From a virus: a stretch of 64,000 nucleotides of DNA. The notes below the pieces were generated by a model. The model did not search any database and had not been told where the DNA came from. It was given only the letters and a program-made list of their open reading frames with translations. Position 1 is the first letter of the stretch; the number at the start of each line of letters is the position of its first letter. Position numbers and translations under genes: made by a program. Location: the IMG/VR virus record IMGVR_UViG_3300025121_000013; one strand, written 5' to 3'. Positions 48,065-58,432 of this stretch are shown here, one piece after another.

Positions 48065-48672
48065 ATGATCATCACAGAAAATGTCAATGTTAAAGAATCT
48101 ATAAATTTTCTAAGATCTTTGCGTTATATAATTTCTGAATCATATAAGAAAAAAGTAATAGAAACTTTATTTTAAGGGAGGCCAGTAATTATCAAATTAT
48201 GAATCTTTTAATAAATGGAAAGATTCCATCAGAGAAACATGACATTCAAAAGGAACAAGAATTATTTTCGATTTTCAAAGAAAGTATTTTAGAAAATTAT
48301 GATATTTTTTCTTTTTTGATAGGAAAGGAAGAAACTAATAAATTGATTCTTGAGGTAGGCCCGATCAAAAATATTACTTATATTAGAGAGTTTGTTGATG
48401 CTGGAGTGGCGATTCCTATTCTTGTTGGGGCTTTTGTAGGGCACATGGTTGGGAAAAGACGTAGTATGGAAATGAAAGCATGTAAAGATTCTAAAGATAA
48501 GAAAACTTGTATAAAAAATTATTGGATAAAAGTTCATACTGATATTATTAATGAATTAAAGAAAAGTAAAGCAACTTGTGGAAAACAGAAAAATCCCGCT
48601 AAATGCAAAACCGCTTTTGATAAGATAATTAAAAGACATACTGATGCAATAGAAAAACAAAAGAGAAAATAA
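48065..48672 (+). pseudogene. MIITE family protein 2, frameshifted at an A6 run
   Basis: MIITENVNV.. from 48065 joins FILREASNYQIM in the -1 frame near 48149-48154. Confidence 0.75.
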
Positions 48673-48710
48673 ATAATTCTTTTAAATAAACATAGTAGGA
48701 GATAAACCAG

Positions 48711-49661
48711 ATGATCATCACAGAAAATGTAAAGATTTCAGATTCTATTTTGTTTCTGACCACAGCTAGAAGTATTTTAGCTGATAATATTAATGAGTCA
48801 AAAATGGAAAACAAAACAGAACTTGTTGAGTTTATTATAAATGAAGCCTCAGACTATGAAATTATGTCTGTTCTAGTCACAAATGAAATGCCTAAGGAAA
48901 AATATAATATTCAAAAGGAAATGCAATTATTTAGTATTTTAAAAGAACAGATTTTAAATTCTTCAGATGTTTTAATGGAAGCGATGGGGTCTAAAGTTTT
49001 CAAGGAATTCATTCTGGAAATTGGCCCGGTCTATCCTCATCTTTCCACGGCTAAACCTTTGCTTGAGTTCTATATGAATTCTCATAGTTTAAACGAAGAC
49101 TGGAAAGATTGGAATGCTAGAACAGTTTTAAATAAAGCAGGTGAAGGAATTTCTAAAGCGGGAAAAAAGGCTGGAGAAGTCACTGGCATTGCAGGGCATT
49201 CTGCTGAAAAATCCTCTGAGGCAGGATTTCAAACTGCAAAAAAATTATATCAACAAACACAATCAAATAAAGCTCTTCAAAAAGGTATAAAAATTGATAA
49301 AGATATTTTAAGAAAAAAAGCAAAGGAATCTGCTGAAAAAGGCATTTCTTCTGTTAAAGCTCTAGCCTCTGGACCGATGGGAAAATATCTTGGAGGCGCA
49401 GCCCTTGCTACTCTTCTCGCTTTTGCTGGAATTAAGCTTTATAAAAAATATTTTTCACAAGCAGCTAAGTCCTGTAAAAACTCTCCAGATAAAGCGGGTT
49501 GTATGAAAAAGTTTAGACAAGACGCAATAAAGAAACAAATGGATAGTTTACGTTCCTCGTTATCTTCTTGTAAAAAATCTAATAATCCAGAAAAGTGTGA
49601 ATCATTGATTCAACAAAGAATTTCAAAACTTAGTAAACAAATTGCTAATTTAGCAAGATAA
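48711..49661 (+). CDS. MIITE family protein 3
   Basis: Same architecture. Confidence 0.85.
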   Translation: MIITENVKISDSILFLTTARSILADNINESKMENKTELVEFIINEASDYEIMSVLVTNEMPKEKYNIQKEMQLFSILKEQILNSSDVLMEAMGSKVFKEFILEIGPVYPHLSTAKPLLEFYMNSHSLNEDWKDWNARTVLNKAGEGISKAGKKAGEVTGIAGHSAEKSSEAGFQTAKKLYQQTQSNKALQKGIKIDKDILRKKAKESAEKGISSVKALASGPMGKYLGGAALATLLAFAGIKLYKKYFSQAAKSCKNSPDKAGCMKKFRQDAIKKQMDSLRSSLSSCKKSNNPEKCESLIQQRISKLSKQIANLAR

Positions 49662-49692
49662 ACAATATTTTTATATCAGGAGATTTAAAACA

Positions 49693-50667
49693 ATGATTAT
49701 CACAGAAAATGTAAAACTTTCTGACTCAATTTTATTCTTGACTATTGCTCGTCAAACTTTAGCTGAAGCAGTCTCAAAACAAAACATGAAAGATTTTCTT
49801 ATCAATGAAGCTTCTGATTATGAAATTATGAGTCTTTTAATGACAAATAAAATGCCTAAAGAAAAATATAATATTCAATCTGAGATGGCTTTATTTAGTT
49901 TGTTAAAGGAACAAGTTTTAGGTTCTTATAATGTTCTTTATGAAATGATTGGTAAGGAACCTTTAAATACTTTTATATCTGAAGTGGGTCCAGTTTATCC
50001 CCAACTTTCAACGGCTAAACCTTTGCTTGAGTTCTTTATGAATTCTCATACAGATATTTTAAATGAAAAATTAAGTGACCATTTTAGCACTAATATATTT
50101 AAAGGCCCAAATGATAAAGGCTTTACTGGAGATGAATTAAAAAGGCATGAGGCTTTAAAGAAGAAGGCTGCTATTATGAAAGCTGGAAAAGTTGGAGAGT
50201 TAAAACGTAAAGGCATGGCTATGGGGAAAGAAGCGTTAGAAAAGGGTGTGCAGAAAGGACAAGAGATCAAGGGAAATGTTCAACAAGGAGTACAGCAAGC
50301 GAAAACATCTGGGACTAACGCTCTTGCAGCTGGAAAAGCCGCTGCTGAAAAGGGAATTGGCGCTGTCAATAAATTTGCTACAACTCCAGTAGGTAAGGCT
50401 GTTGGTGGTTTGGCATTGGCAGCCCTCCTTGGTTATGGCGCGGCAAAAATTTATAAGAATTATTTTTCTGCTGCAGCGAAACAATGTTCTGGCGCTCCAG
50501 ATAAAGCCGCTTGTATGAGAAAGTTTAAGCAAGATGCTTTAAGAAAACAAATTGCCGGTTTGAATTCTTCGATGTCAGCTTGTAGAAATTCTTCTAATCC
50601 ACAAAAGTGCACTGAAGGAATTAAAGCGAGAATTCAAAAATTAAATGACCAAATTACAAAAGCTTAA
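49693..50667 (+). CDS. MIITE family protein 4
   Basis: Same architecture. Confidence 0.85.
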   Translation: MIITENVKLSDSILFLTIARQTLAEAVSKQNMKDFLINEASDYEIMSLLMTNKMPKEKYNIQSEMALFSLLKEQVLGSYNVLYEMIGKEPLNTFISEVGPVYPQLSTAKPLLEFFMNSHTDILNEKLSDHFSTNIFKGPNDKGFTGDELKRHEALKKKAAIMKAGKVGELKRKGMAMGKEALEKGVQKGQEIKGNVQQGVQQAKTSGTNALAAGKAAAEKGIGAVNKFATTPVGKAVGGLALAALLGYGAAKIYKNYFSAAAKQCSGAPDKAACMRKFKQDALRKQIAGLNSSMSACRNSSNPQKCTEGIKARIQKLNDQITKA

Positions 50668-50697
50668 AAAATAAGTTTTTAAAAATATACAAACCCT

Positions 50698-50738
50698 GGC
50701 TCCCTAAAGAACAAATATAAAAGATTCTTTTGGGAGCC
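50698..50738 (+). promoter_or_regulatory. Late promoter motif embedded in an inverted repeat
   Basis: GGCTCCC-T-AAAGAA..TTCTTT-T-GGGAGCC around AGAACAAATATAAAA. Confidence 0.5.
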
Positions 50739-50774
50739 GTCTTTCACATCATTACAAATGAAAAGGAGATAAGG

Positions 50775-51554
50775 ATGTTTACTGGATTTAGAACTGCGAA
50801 AAAGCCTGTTTATGAAGTCATCACCCCTCAGACTAAATTGTCGTTTAAATTAAGAAGTCTTACCGTTAGAGAAGAAGAAAGACTCAAGGCAAGTTTGCTA
50901 ACCCCATCAAAAGTTACGGAACATTTAAATCAATGTATTTTTGATTCGATTGATCAAAAGCCAGAATCGATCACAGATTTTAAATCTTTTCTTCAAAGTT
51001 TAACGATAAAAGATAGAGACGCTCTTCTTTATGGTTTGTATCATGTTAGCTACGAAGAAATTAGAAACTATGATGTAAAATGTGCAAGTTGTTCAAAAGA
51101 ATTCCCAGTTACGATTAAGGCTTCTTCCACTTTCAATGTGACTCCATATCCAGACAATGACATTCTTACAAAAAGAGTTCGTTTTAATCTTCCTGAATAT
51201 AATGGGGTATGGGTTGTTTTAAAACAGCCTACTTTAGAAGATGAATTAAAAGGGTTGAAAGATTTAGGAACATCTAATTTAGACACTTTAAATAAAATTC
51301 TTCCTATTGAAAGTATTGAAGAAGAAAATAATGTTACCTCAGATCAAATTATTTTTAAAGATAAAACTGATATTTTAGATGCATTTAAAGAACTTATTCC
51401 TAAGGATAAAAATTTTATAACTGAAAAATATAATGAAACTTTTGGAAAATATGGAATTGACTTAAAGATGAAAACATTTTGTGCTCACTGTGGCCATAGC
51501 CAAATCGTTGGCATTGATCTTGTGGAAAACTTTTTTCGTATGGTATTTATCTGA
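50775..51554 (+). CDS. Baseplate hub assembly / tail chaperone (T4 gp26-like)
   Basis: PVYEV..P..LRSLTVREE, D...L...L, CASC, CAHC, NFF. Confidence 0.75.
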   Translation: MFTGFRTAKKPVYEVITPQTKLSFKLRSLTVREEERLKASLLTPSKVTEHLNQCIFDSIDQKPESITDFKSFLQSLTIKDRDALLYGLYHVSYEEIRNYDVKCASCSKEFPVTIKASSTFNVTPYPDNDILTKRVRFNLPEYNGVWVVLKQPTLEDELKGLKDLGTSNLDTLNKILPIESIEEENNVTSDQIIFKDKTDILDAFKELIPKDKNFITEKYNETFGKYGIDLKMKTFCAHCGHSQIVGIDLVENFFRMVFI

Positions 51555-51750
51555 TTTAGATCAAGAAACTTATAAAAAAGTTCTTGATGAAAATATTTAT
51601 ACTTGTATGGAATTGTCTAAACAATCCTATGAAGATATTTTAGAAATGCCCGTAGCAAGGTTCACTACATATTTGAAATGGAAATCAAAATTGGAGGAAG
51701 AGAAAATGAAAAGCCTTGCTAGCATGTCAAATTTTGGAAAAAGAAAATGA
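51481..51750 (+). CDS. Small gp51-like / chaperone C-terminal ORF
   Basis: SYEDILEMP.......Y...K..E; no clear start of its own. Confidence 0.6.
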   Translation: MLTVAIAKSLALILWKTFFVWYLSDLDQETYKKVLDENIYTCMELSKQSYEDILEMPVARFTTYLKWKSKLEEEKMKSLASMSNFGKRK

Positions 51751-52163
51751 ATTTTTTAGATAGATTTAATAAATCATCAATCGGCTCAAATAATAAACTT
51801 ATAGACTTTACATCCAATATAGGTTCCCAAGGAGATTTTCAAAAAATTTATGATATCGATGTAATTATAAATTCATGGAAGAATATTCTTACGACAAGAT
51901 TGGGAACCTATATTGATGATCCAACTTATGGCAGTAAAATTTATGATTTATTGTTTCAACCCTTTGATGAGGGAACGAGACAAGATATTTTAAATGAAGT
52001 CAAAGAAAGACTTTTTTCTATTGATGATAGAGCCGATATTAGAAATCTTGATGTAAAAAGGATTTCAGGAAAGAAAGGGTTTGTGGTTTTTATAAATGTT
52101 AATTATGATAAAAAGAATGTAACTTTCACAGTTCCTTTTACAGAATCAAATATTGGAAGTTAA
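51747..52163 (+). CDS. Baseplate wedge gp25/GPW-like protein
   Basis: NILTTRLGT...DPTYGS...LLFQP. Confidence 0.88.
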   Translation: MNFLDRFNKSSIGSNNKLIDFTSNIGSQGDFQKIYDIDVIINSWKNILTTRLGTYIDDPTYGSKIYDLLFQPFDEGTRQDILNEVKERLFSIDDRADIRNLDVKRISGKKGFVVFINVNYDKKNVTFTVPFTESNIGS

Positions 52164-52166
52164 ACA

Positions 52167-52679
52167 ATGAATTTCGGCTATTATTTAATTGTAAAAACTT
52201 ATAAAGGGATCTTTCAAAAAACTCACACTGGAAATACACATTTTATTATTTTACCTACAAATAAGAAATATCTATATTTAAATATAATGGCTGAAGATAT
52301 AGAGACTGGAGATTTACTTGCTGGTAAAATTGAAAATATTAAAGATGAATCTTATCCCAAAAAAGTAATAAAAAATATTCAAAATAAGTTTGGATTTAAT
52401 GCAATTTTTTTAGAAAAGATTTCTCTCGAATATAATGAGAAAGATAAAACCTTATATTATAAAACTAATGATAATACAAAATATTTTCCAAAAAAATTTA
52501 GTTTAGAATATTCAGAAAAACTTTCAAAAGAATATAATATAACCATGTTCTTTTTGAAGGGAAATTTTAAATTAGAACTTAAAGAGGTTGGACAATACAA
52601 TTTTGATTTTAAAATGAATGTTAAAACCTCAATGGCAAAAGCTCTTGCAATAAAAAATTTATTGCTCAAGGAACCATAA
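52167..52679 (+). CDS. Hypothetical protein
   Basis: Operon context. Confidence 0.65.
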   Translation: MNFGYYLIVKTYKGIFQKTHTGNTHFIILPTNKKYLYLNIMAEDIETGDLLAGKIENIKDESYPKKVIKNIQNKFGFNAIFLEKISLEYNEKDKTLYYKTNDNTKYFPKKFSLEYSEKLSKEYNITMFFLKGNFKLELKEVGQYNFDFKMNVKTSMAKALAIKNLLLKEP

Positions 52680-53324
52680 ATGCAAAAATATAATAGAGTT
52701 TTAGATTATATTCATGAATATCAAAATTTAGTTTATGATTATTATGGAAAACACGGCATACCATTTTTAGTTAATTATTATAATATTGACCGAACAAATA
52801 CGGTATGGGAAAATGAATATTTGATGGGCGGTTCTTATGAAGACATAGGAAATTTAACAGGGAAAAAATTTAATAAATATTTATTATTGCCAGTTTATTT
52901 TATTGAAGAAATAACAACCATTTTTGATGCTCAGGAAGTTGGATATGTGAAAGAAAATGATACGACTATTGTAATTCCTTATTCTTATGAAATAACGCCC
53001 TATCCCGGAGATATGTTCAAATTAGAACAAGATTTTATGAGACCGACAAATAATATTTATCCTCTATTTATTGTGAGTGGAGCTCAAATTTCTGCAAACA
53101 CAGATAAAAGGTTTTGGAGTTTAAAAGCTCATATAAAACAAAGTCGAACCACTTCAGAATTAGATTTACAAGTGACAAATAATTATGTCTTTTATGAATA
53201 TGATAAAACTATTCATACTGTAGATGAAGCGACTTTTTTAACAAAACTTTTATTAAAAAATGAATCACTCAAAGACAATTTGATTTCAAAATTTGATAAC
53301 AATAGTGGTTTCTATTTTCTTTAA
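52680..53324 (+). CDS. Virion structural protein (putative)
   Basis: Context; PYPGD motif. Confidence 0.6.
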   Translation: MQKYNRVLDYIHEYQNLVYDYYGKHGIPFLVNYYNIDRTNTVWENEYLMGGSYEDIGNLTGKKFNKYLLLPVYFIEEITTIFDAQEVGYVKENDTTIVIPYSYEITPYPGDMFKLEQDFMRPTNNIYPLFIVSGAQISANTDKRFWSLKAHIKQSRTTSELDLQVTNNYVFYEYDKTIHTVDEATFLTKLLLKNESLKDNLISKFDNNSGFYFL

Positions 53325-53335
53325 AAGAGGAACAA

Positions 53336-55795
53336 ATGGCCAACGAAATTTCTAATAAAGTTTATGCATCAAGAGAACAAATACGAAACCAAATTATTTC
53401 TTATATGCAATCCTATCTTGAATTGGAAAATGTTGATTTAGCCAAATCAAGTTTTGTTTCTTTTTTAATCAATGTTCTTTCTAGCTTAACAAGCAATTTA
53501 TTATTTTATCAATTATCGACATATAGAGAATTCTTTTTAACAAGCGCTCAATTACCAGAATCTATTTTAAATCTTTCTTCTTTTTTAGGATACAATTCTC
53601 AAAATGCCACACCAGCTGTGACAAATGCACTTTTAACAATTCCATTGACTTTTACCTCATCGCCTGCGACCATTACAATTCCCTCTGGATTTAAATTCTC
53701 AACATCAGATGCTTGTTATTTTACAACATATTATATAACCATAATTACGATTACAAATAATACCACAGTTTCAATTAAAATACAAAATGGAAATCAAAGA
53801 TACGATTTACCCTATAATATAGACACAGCAGAAAATACTTTAAGTTTTGTTTTACCTTTAAAACAAGTTGTGAGCAATGTTCAAGAATTTTCCTTAGATC
53901 AAGATATTCAAATATATCAATTTGTGACTTTAGATATTCCCTTAACTAATCAATCCGCTGGATTGACAGTTCAAGTTCAATCTCCTGGAAGTTCTTCATG
54001 GACAACTTATGAAGAATTTACAAGCCTTTATTTAATGTCAAATTTATCTTATGGATTTGTCCAAAGAAGAACTTCCACTGGAATAAGATTATATTTTGGA
54101 AATGGTTTAATCGGAATTCAACCTGCCCCTGGAAGTAAAATTAGAGTGACAGTTCAGGAAACAAAAGGAGATGATGGAAATATTATTGCAGGAGCTTTAA
54201 GATCTGGAGAAAGACTTTATGTTCCATTATATTCTGGAGGTTATGAAATTGTAAATTATACAGTTTTAAACGCTTCTCCGGCAGTCAATGGAGTCGATCA
54301 AGAATCCATTGACGAGGTTAGAAGAAATGCAATTTCTGGTTTGACGACATTAGGAAAACTTTCTTCCGAGAGTGATTTTAGTCATGTTTCTGAAGTCTCA
54401 AATAATTCTAATATTATAAAGTCTTTACCAATTTTAAAAAGATCTGATATAAAGAATAATGAAATTCTAATTTTTACAGTTTTAAATTTTTTAAATGAAA
54501 TTGTTCCAACAAGAAATTTATATGCCTCAGTCGATGACTCAACCACTTATATTCCAAGGGGAACAACATTCAATTTTGATGATGAAGATTATTTAACAAT
54601 ATTTGATATGAATTTAGACACAATAAATTATTCGGCACTTTATTCTTATATTATGTATGAAATACAACAAATTCCATCTTTAATTACAAGCTATGGATCT
54701 TCATATAATATTACCGCAGATAATCTTTTAGTTCAAAGATCTGGCAGTTCTGCACTTTTTCAATTAACTTATAAATCGGATGAATTAGATTCTTATCTTA
54801 CAGAATGTACTTTAGAGAACGCATATTCTGGCATAACTTATAATATGACAAATGATGCTACAAGTTCTTTTACTTATACCTTTTCAGATTATACCATTAT
54901 TCCTGAGGGAGAAAATACATATTATTTTAATATCTCAAAAGGCGGATCAAATATTGCAAAATATTCTTCGACATTTACTTTTAGAAAAAACTTAAATAAT
55001 TTTATGATGTCAAATTTAACAACAGACTCAACAGCTATAACCATTTATGATATTCCAGTTATTAAAAAATCTTATTATAATTCGATAAATCAAAGAGATT
55101 TTGAATTACTAGTTTTACAAAATCTTTTAGACACAATCAATTTTTCTCAATATAAAATGTTGACTGATTTTCTAAATTTAAAATTTTCAAATACGACAGG
55201 TAATTTATATTCGATGACATATAATAAACAAACAAAATTACCCGTGATAGATTTTAGATCTAGCCCTCCAACATTTCCCACATTGAACGACAGATATATT
55301 GTTAAAGATGGAGTAGGAGATTGGCTAAATAAAGATGGGCAAATTGCTCAATGTACAGATGAAACAAGTATGACATGGATTTACATAATTCCATTTACAG
55401 ATGATATTGTCGAGGTTTTAAATTCAAATAGAAAATATGTGTATACGGAAACAGGATGGTTTTATCCCATTTTAACAAATCCCTTGGAAATAGAAATTGA
55501 GGTTTATAAATCTTCAACATACACGGGAACTGCCACAGAATTAGCCAATAATATTTCCTTAACAATTTTAGAAAACTATCAAGACAGATTTGGAATCAAT
55601 ACAAAAATATTTAAATCTGAATTAATAAATACCGTTCAAGATGTTGACGGGGTTGAACATTGCAGAATTATAAAACCTGTCACAAGTATATTTTTCAATT
55701 TTGATATAAAAGAATTCACTCAAGATGAACTTTTAAAATATGGCCCAGAATATATTTATTTCACTGCTAGCAATATTAGTATAAAGGTAATTTAA
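53336..55795 (+). CDS. Baseplate wedge protein (T4 gp6/baseplate J-like)
   Basis: EFFLTSAQLPESI..LGY, YFGNG..G..P, ESIDEVR, VDGVE. Confidence 0.85.
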   Translation: MANEISNKVYASREQIRNQIISYMQSYLELENVDLAKSSFVSFLINVLSSLTSNLLFYQLSTYREFFLTSAQLPESILNLSSFLGYNSQNATPAVTNALLTIPLTFTSSPATITIPSGFKFSTSDACYFTTYYITIITITNNTTVSIKIQNGNQRYDLPYNIDTAENTLSFVLPLKQVVSNVQEFSLDQDIQIYQFVTLDIPLTNQSAGLTVQVQSPGSSSWTTYEEFTSLYLMSNLSYGFVQRRTSTGIRLYFGNGLIGIQPAPGSKIRVTVQETKGDDGNIIAGALRSGERLYVPLYSGGYEIVNYTVLNASPAVNGVDQESIDEVRRNAISGLTTLGKLSSESDFSHVSEVSNNSNIIKSLPILKRSDIKNNEILIFTVLNFLNEIVPTRNLYASVDDSTTYIPRGTTFNFDDEDYLTIFDMNLDTINYSALYSYIMYEIQQIPSLITSYGSSYNITADNLLVQRSGSSALFQLTYKSDELDSYLTECTLENAYSGITYNMTNDATSSFTYTFSDYTIIPEGENTYYFNISKGGSNIAKYSSTFTFRKNLNNFMMSNLTTDSTAITIYDIPVIKKSYYNSINQRDFELLVLQNLLDTINFSQYKMLTDFLNLKFSNTTGNLYSMTYNKQTKLPVIDFRSSPPTFPTLNDRYIVKDGVGDWLNKDGQIAQCTDETSMTWIYIIPFTDDIVEVLNSNRKYVYTETGWFYPILTNPLEIEIEVYKSSTYTGTATELANNISLTILENYQDRFGINTKIFKSELINTVQDVDGVEHCRIIKPVTSIFFNFDIKEFTQDELLKYGPEYIYFTASNISIKVI

Positions 55796-55796
55796 C

Positions 55797-56924
55797 ATGC
55801 CAATTGATGATGTCATTAAAAAAGGAAAAATTAACGATCCTTCTTTAAAAAAATTGATTGTCAATATTACAGGAAAAGAATTAGCTAAATTATCTGAGCC
55901 ATGTTATTATCCATCTCTTAAGAAATATTATTTTGAACTTCTTCATGAAACTAATTTAACAGAAAATGATATAAAAAAATTTGTGAAAGATTTTTATAAA
56001 GATCTTCCAGCTTCAAAATGGGCTCTACAAACAGATCCGATAACAAACTTTCTGATTATTTTAATGTATTATTTTTTGAAAAATAAAGATTATATTTCTT
56101 TTCAATATACTTTACTTTTTATGGGAATAAGAAACTATGCAAATATTTTAAACAAACAAATGAAGTTTTGCAAAGAAGAACATTTTAAATATGCGATTCA
56201 ACATTTAAATAGGACACATTTATTTGTGAGAGAAGGAAGTATTGGAAATGGAATTTATTATCTATCTAAAGAATTAGCTAAAAGATATAATTCAAAAATT
56301 CTTGAAGGAAATCCAGAAGGCATATCTGAATTTATTACAGAATATAGACATAGAATATCTCAAAGTTTAAAAAGTTTTGCTGAGGAATATTATAGAGCCT
56401 CTGAAAGCGGAATGGGTATTAAAACACAAATTGAATATGAAGATGAAGAAGGAAACATTAATTTACATCAAGAAAAAGGTGGTGAGAAAGGATCTGAATT
56501 AATCAATAATATTACTAAGAAAATTGCCATCTATAAATACGTAGATAAAAAAGCACAAATCGAAGCACAAAAACTAACCAAAATCAATTATTCTTTATCC
56601 AATTTGTTAATTAATAATTTAAATGATATCAAATATTCTGACAAAATTCATAATATTCTAAGATTATTTGTAAAGGACTTAAGCTCTACAAAAGAGGTAT
56701 GTGGAGATCAATTCTATCCTTTTGTAAAAAAATTGATGGGAACTAAATCTATTAAAATAAATAGTTTTAGAGGATCGATAAATATTCTTCTTTTAAACCT
56801 AATTGAAGATATAGGATTTAAAGAAGAGTATGATAATCTTGGAATTCAAACAAAAAAATTAATCTCTGATTTCTTAGCTTATTATATCACAATGGTTTTA
56901 CGAAATACATTATGTTTTAAATAA
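55797..56924 (+). CDS. Hypothetical helical protein
   Basis: 375-aa ORF. Confidence 0.75.
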   Translation: MPIDDVIKKGKINDPSLKKLIVNITGKELAKLSEPCYYPSLKKYYFELLHETNLTENDIKKFVKDFYKDLPASKWALQTDPITNFLIILMYYFLKNKDYISFQYTLLFMGIRNYANILNKQMKFCKEEHFKYAIQHLNRTHLFVREGSIGNGIYYLSKELAKRYNSKILEGNPEGISEFITEYRHRISQSLKSFAEEYYRASESGMGIKTQIEYEDEEGNINLHQEKGGEKGSELINNITKKIAIYKYVDKKAQIEAQKLTKINYSLSNLLINNLNDIKYSDKIHNILRLFVKDLSSTKEVCGDQFYPFVKKLMGTKSIKINSFRGSINILLLNLIEDIGFKEEYDNLGIQTKKLISDFLAYYITMVLRNTLCFK

Positions 56925-58413
56925 CCTCATTTATTTTTTGATAAACAAATTTTCCTATGGAAATATTTTGTTGATTTTGATCTTGATTTTGTATTCCTTC
57001 AGAAAAACTCGGAGCATCTTTCAAAACATTTCCAGTAAGCATATCTATTACCACATTATCTTTAATAAATTCTCTTGCCTCAACAAGAACTCTATCTAAA
57101 ATATTCATAACTCTTAACGCTTCTAAATAATCAGAACTATTTTCTAAAAATTCTGTAACCATTGCCGCAGCTTCAGAGTGAATCCCAAAAGCTCCTAAAA
57201 TAGTGTTCACATTATTAACCACACTGTCAAGTTCATTCAATACCGCAGGAACGCCTTCTTGAGCAATTCTAACGACTCCAAGCATTTTATCTAATAATGT
57301 TTTTGATTCTTTGATTTTGTTTGGGTCAACCCTCCCACTTAAAAATTCATCTATCTGTTCAGCGGCTACGCCAAATTCAAAATCTGATTCTTTTTGAATT
57401 TTCAAAGGAACTAATTTATTTGTACTTAAATCTATATGGGTATCATATAATACGTCTTTAGAGCCACCTAAACTATCTAAATAACTTTTTAAAGATGGCC
57501 TATTTTTATCTTCAGTTCCGCCTTCATTTGCAATTATAGAATTAAACAAACTTCCAAAATCGATTCTAACATCAACTGACCCTAATCTTTGATTATGGCC
57601 TATCATTTGTTGATCGCCGCCTTTTACCACTGTGATATTACTTATAAACGCATAGGGAATTCTAAATATTCCTGGTACGCTTATATTATGTAAAAAAGGC
57701 CAAGAATAAATAAATCCATCAGAAGAAAGTGGAATCCCTAAAAGTAAAAGAGCCGCCAATGGCCCGGTTATATATTTTTTTGTAGAATCTTCATCTGAAA
57801 CATTTGGATTATATAATCTCACTGTAATTGTGTATGAAGGGGTATATGAACTATTTTTCCAAATTATTGGAAAATCCATTCTTCCGCCCATAACCAATGT
57901 TCCCGCACTATTTAATATTGCAGAGAGTGAATTTTTCATAGGAGAATTATTTCCATATGAATTAAATTCATCTTTTATTTCTTTTGGCATAAGTCTTTTC
58001 GCTAAAGCAGATATATCCTTTCCCTCTCTAAATCCAGCCATTTGAGCCGTTCCAGAAATCATATCTGTTGTAATATTAGTTAAACTTTGAAGATAACTTT
58101 GTCCATATTCATTTGTAAAAGAATCTGTTGGAAAATTATCAGCTAAGAAAGCCACTTTTAATTTATTACCTTTAATAGAAAAACCATGATTATTTAATAT
58201 TTTCGTATAAGTTCCCCAATCGTCATCCAACTTAAATACCGTAGCGCCTAAAACGAAATGAGGTTTTTTAGGAGAAATTTCCATTATTGGAGTTGAGTTT
58301 TTATATAGGGCATCACTCACATATCCAGTGGGTGGCATGCCTATAACTTCAGGTAATTCTTTAACATCATTCATTTTATCAATGGTTTCTTGAACAAGAT
58401 TTTCCATAGCCAT
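56917..58413 (-). CDS. Probable baseplate hub/tube-initiator protein
   Basis: PIIWKNS.Y..SY...L, PF, A.I.NITV; next to the tape measure-like gene. Confidence 0.55.
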   Translation of the reverse strand: MAMENLVQETIDKMNDVKELPEVIGMPPTGYVSDALYKNSTPIMEISPKKPHFVLGATVFKLDDDWGTYTKILNNHGFSIKGNKLKVAFLADNFPTDSFTNEYGQSYLQSLTNITTDMISGTAQMAGFREGKDISALAKRLMPKEIKDEFNSYGNNSPMKNSLSAILNSAGTLVMGGRMDFPIIWKNSSYTPSYTITVRLYNPNVSDEDSTKKYITGPLAALLLLGIPLSSDGFIYSWPFLHNISVPGIFRIPYAFISNITVVKGGDQQMIGHNQRLGSVDVRIDFGSLFNSIIANEGGTEDKNRPSLKSYLDSLGGSKDVLYDTHIDLSTNKLVPLKIQKESDFEFGVAAEQIDEFLSGRVDPNKIKESKTLLDKMLGVVRIAQEGVPAVLNELDSVVNNVNTILGAFGIHSEAAAMVTEFLENSSDYLEALRVMNILDRVLVEAREFIKDNVVIDMLTGNVLKDAPSFSEGIQNQDQNQQNISIGKFVYQKINEVI

Positions 58414-58432
58414 TTATTTTTCAAACTCCTTT

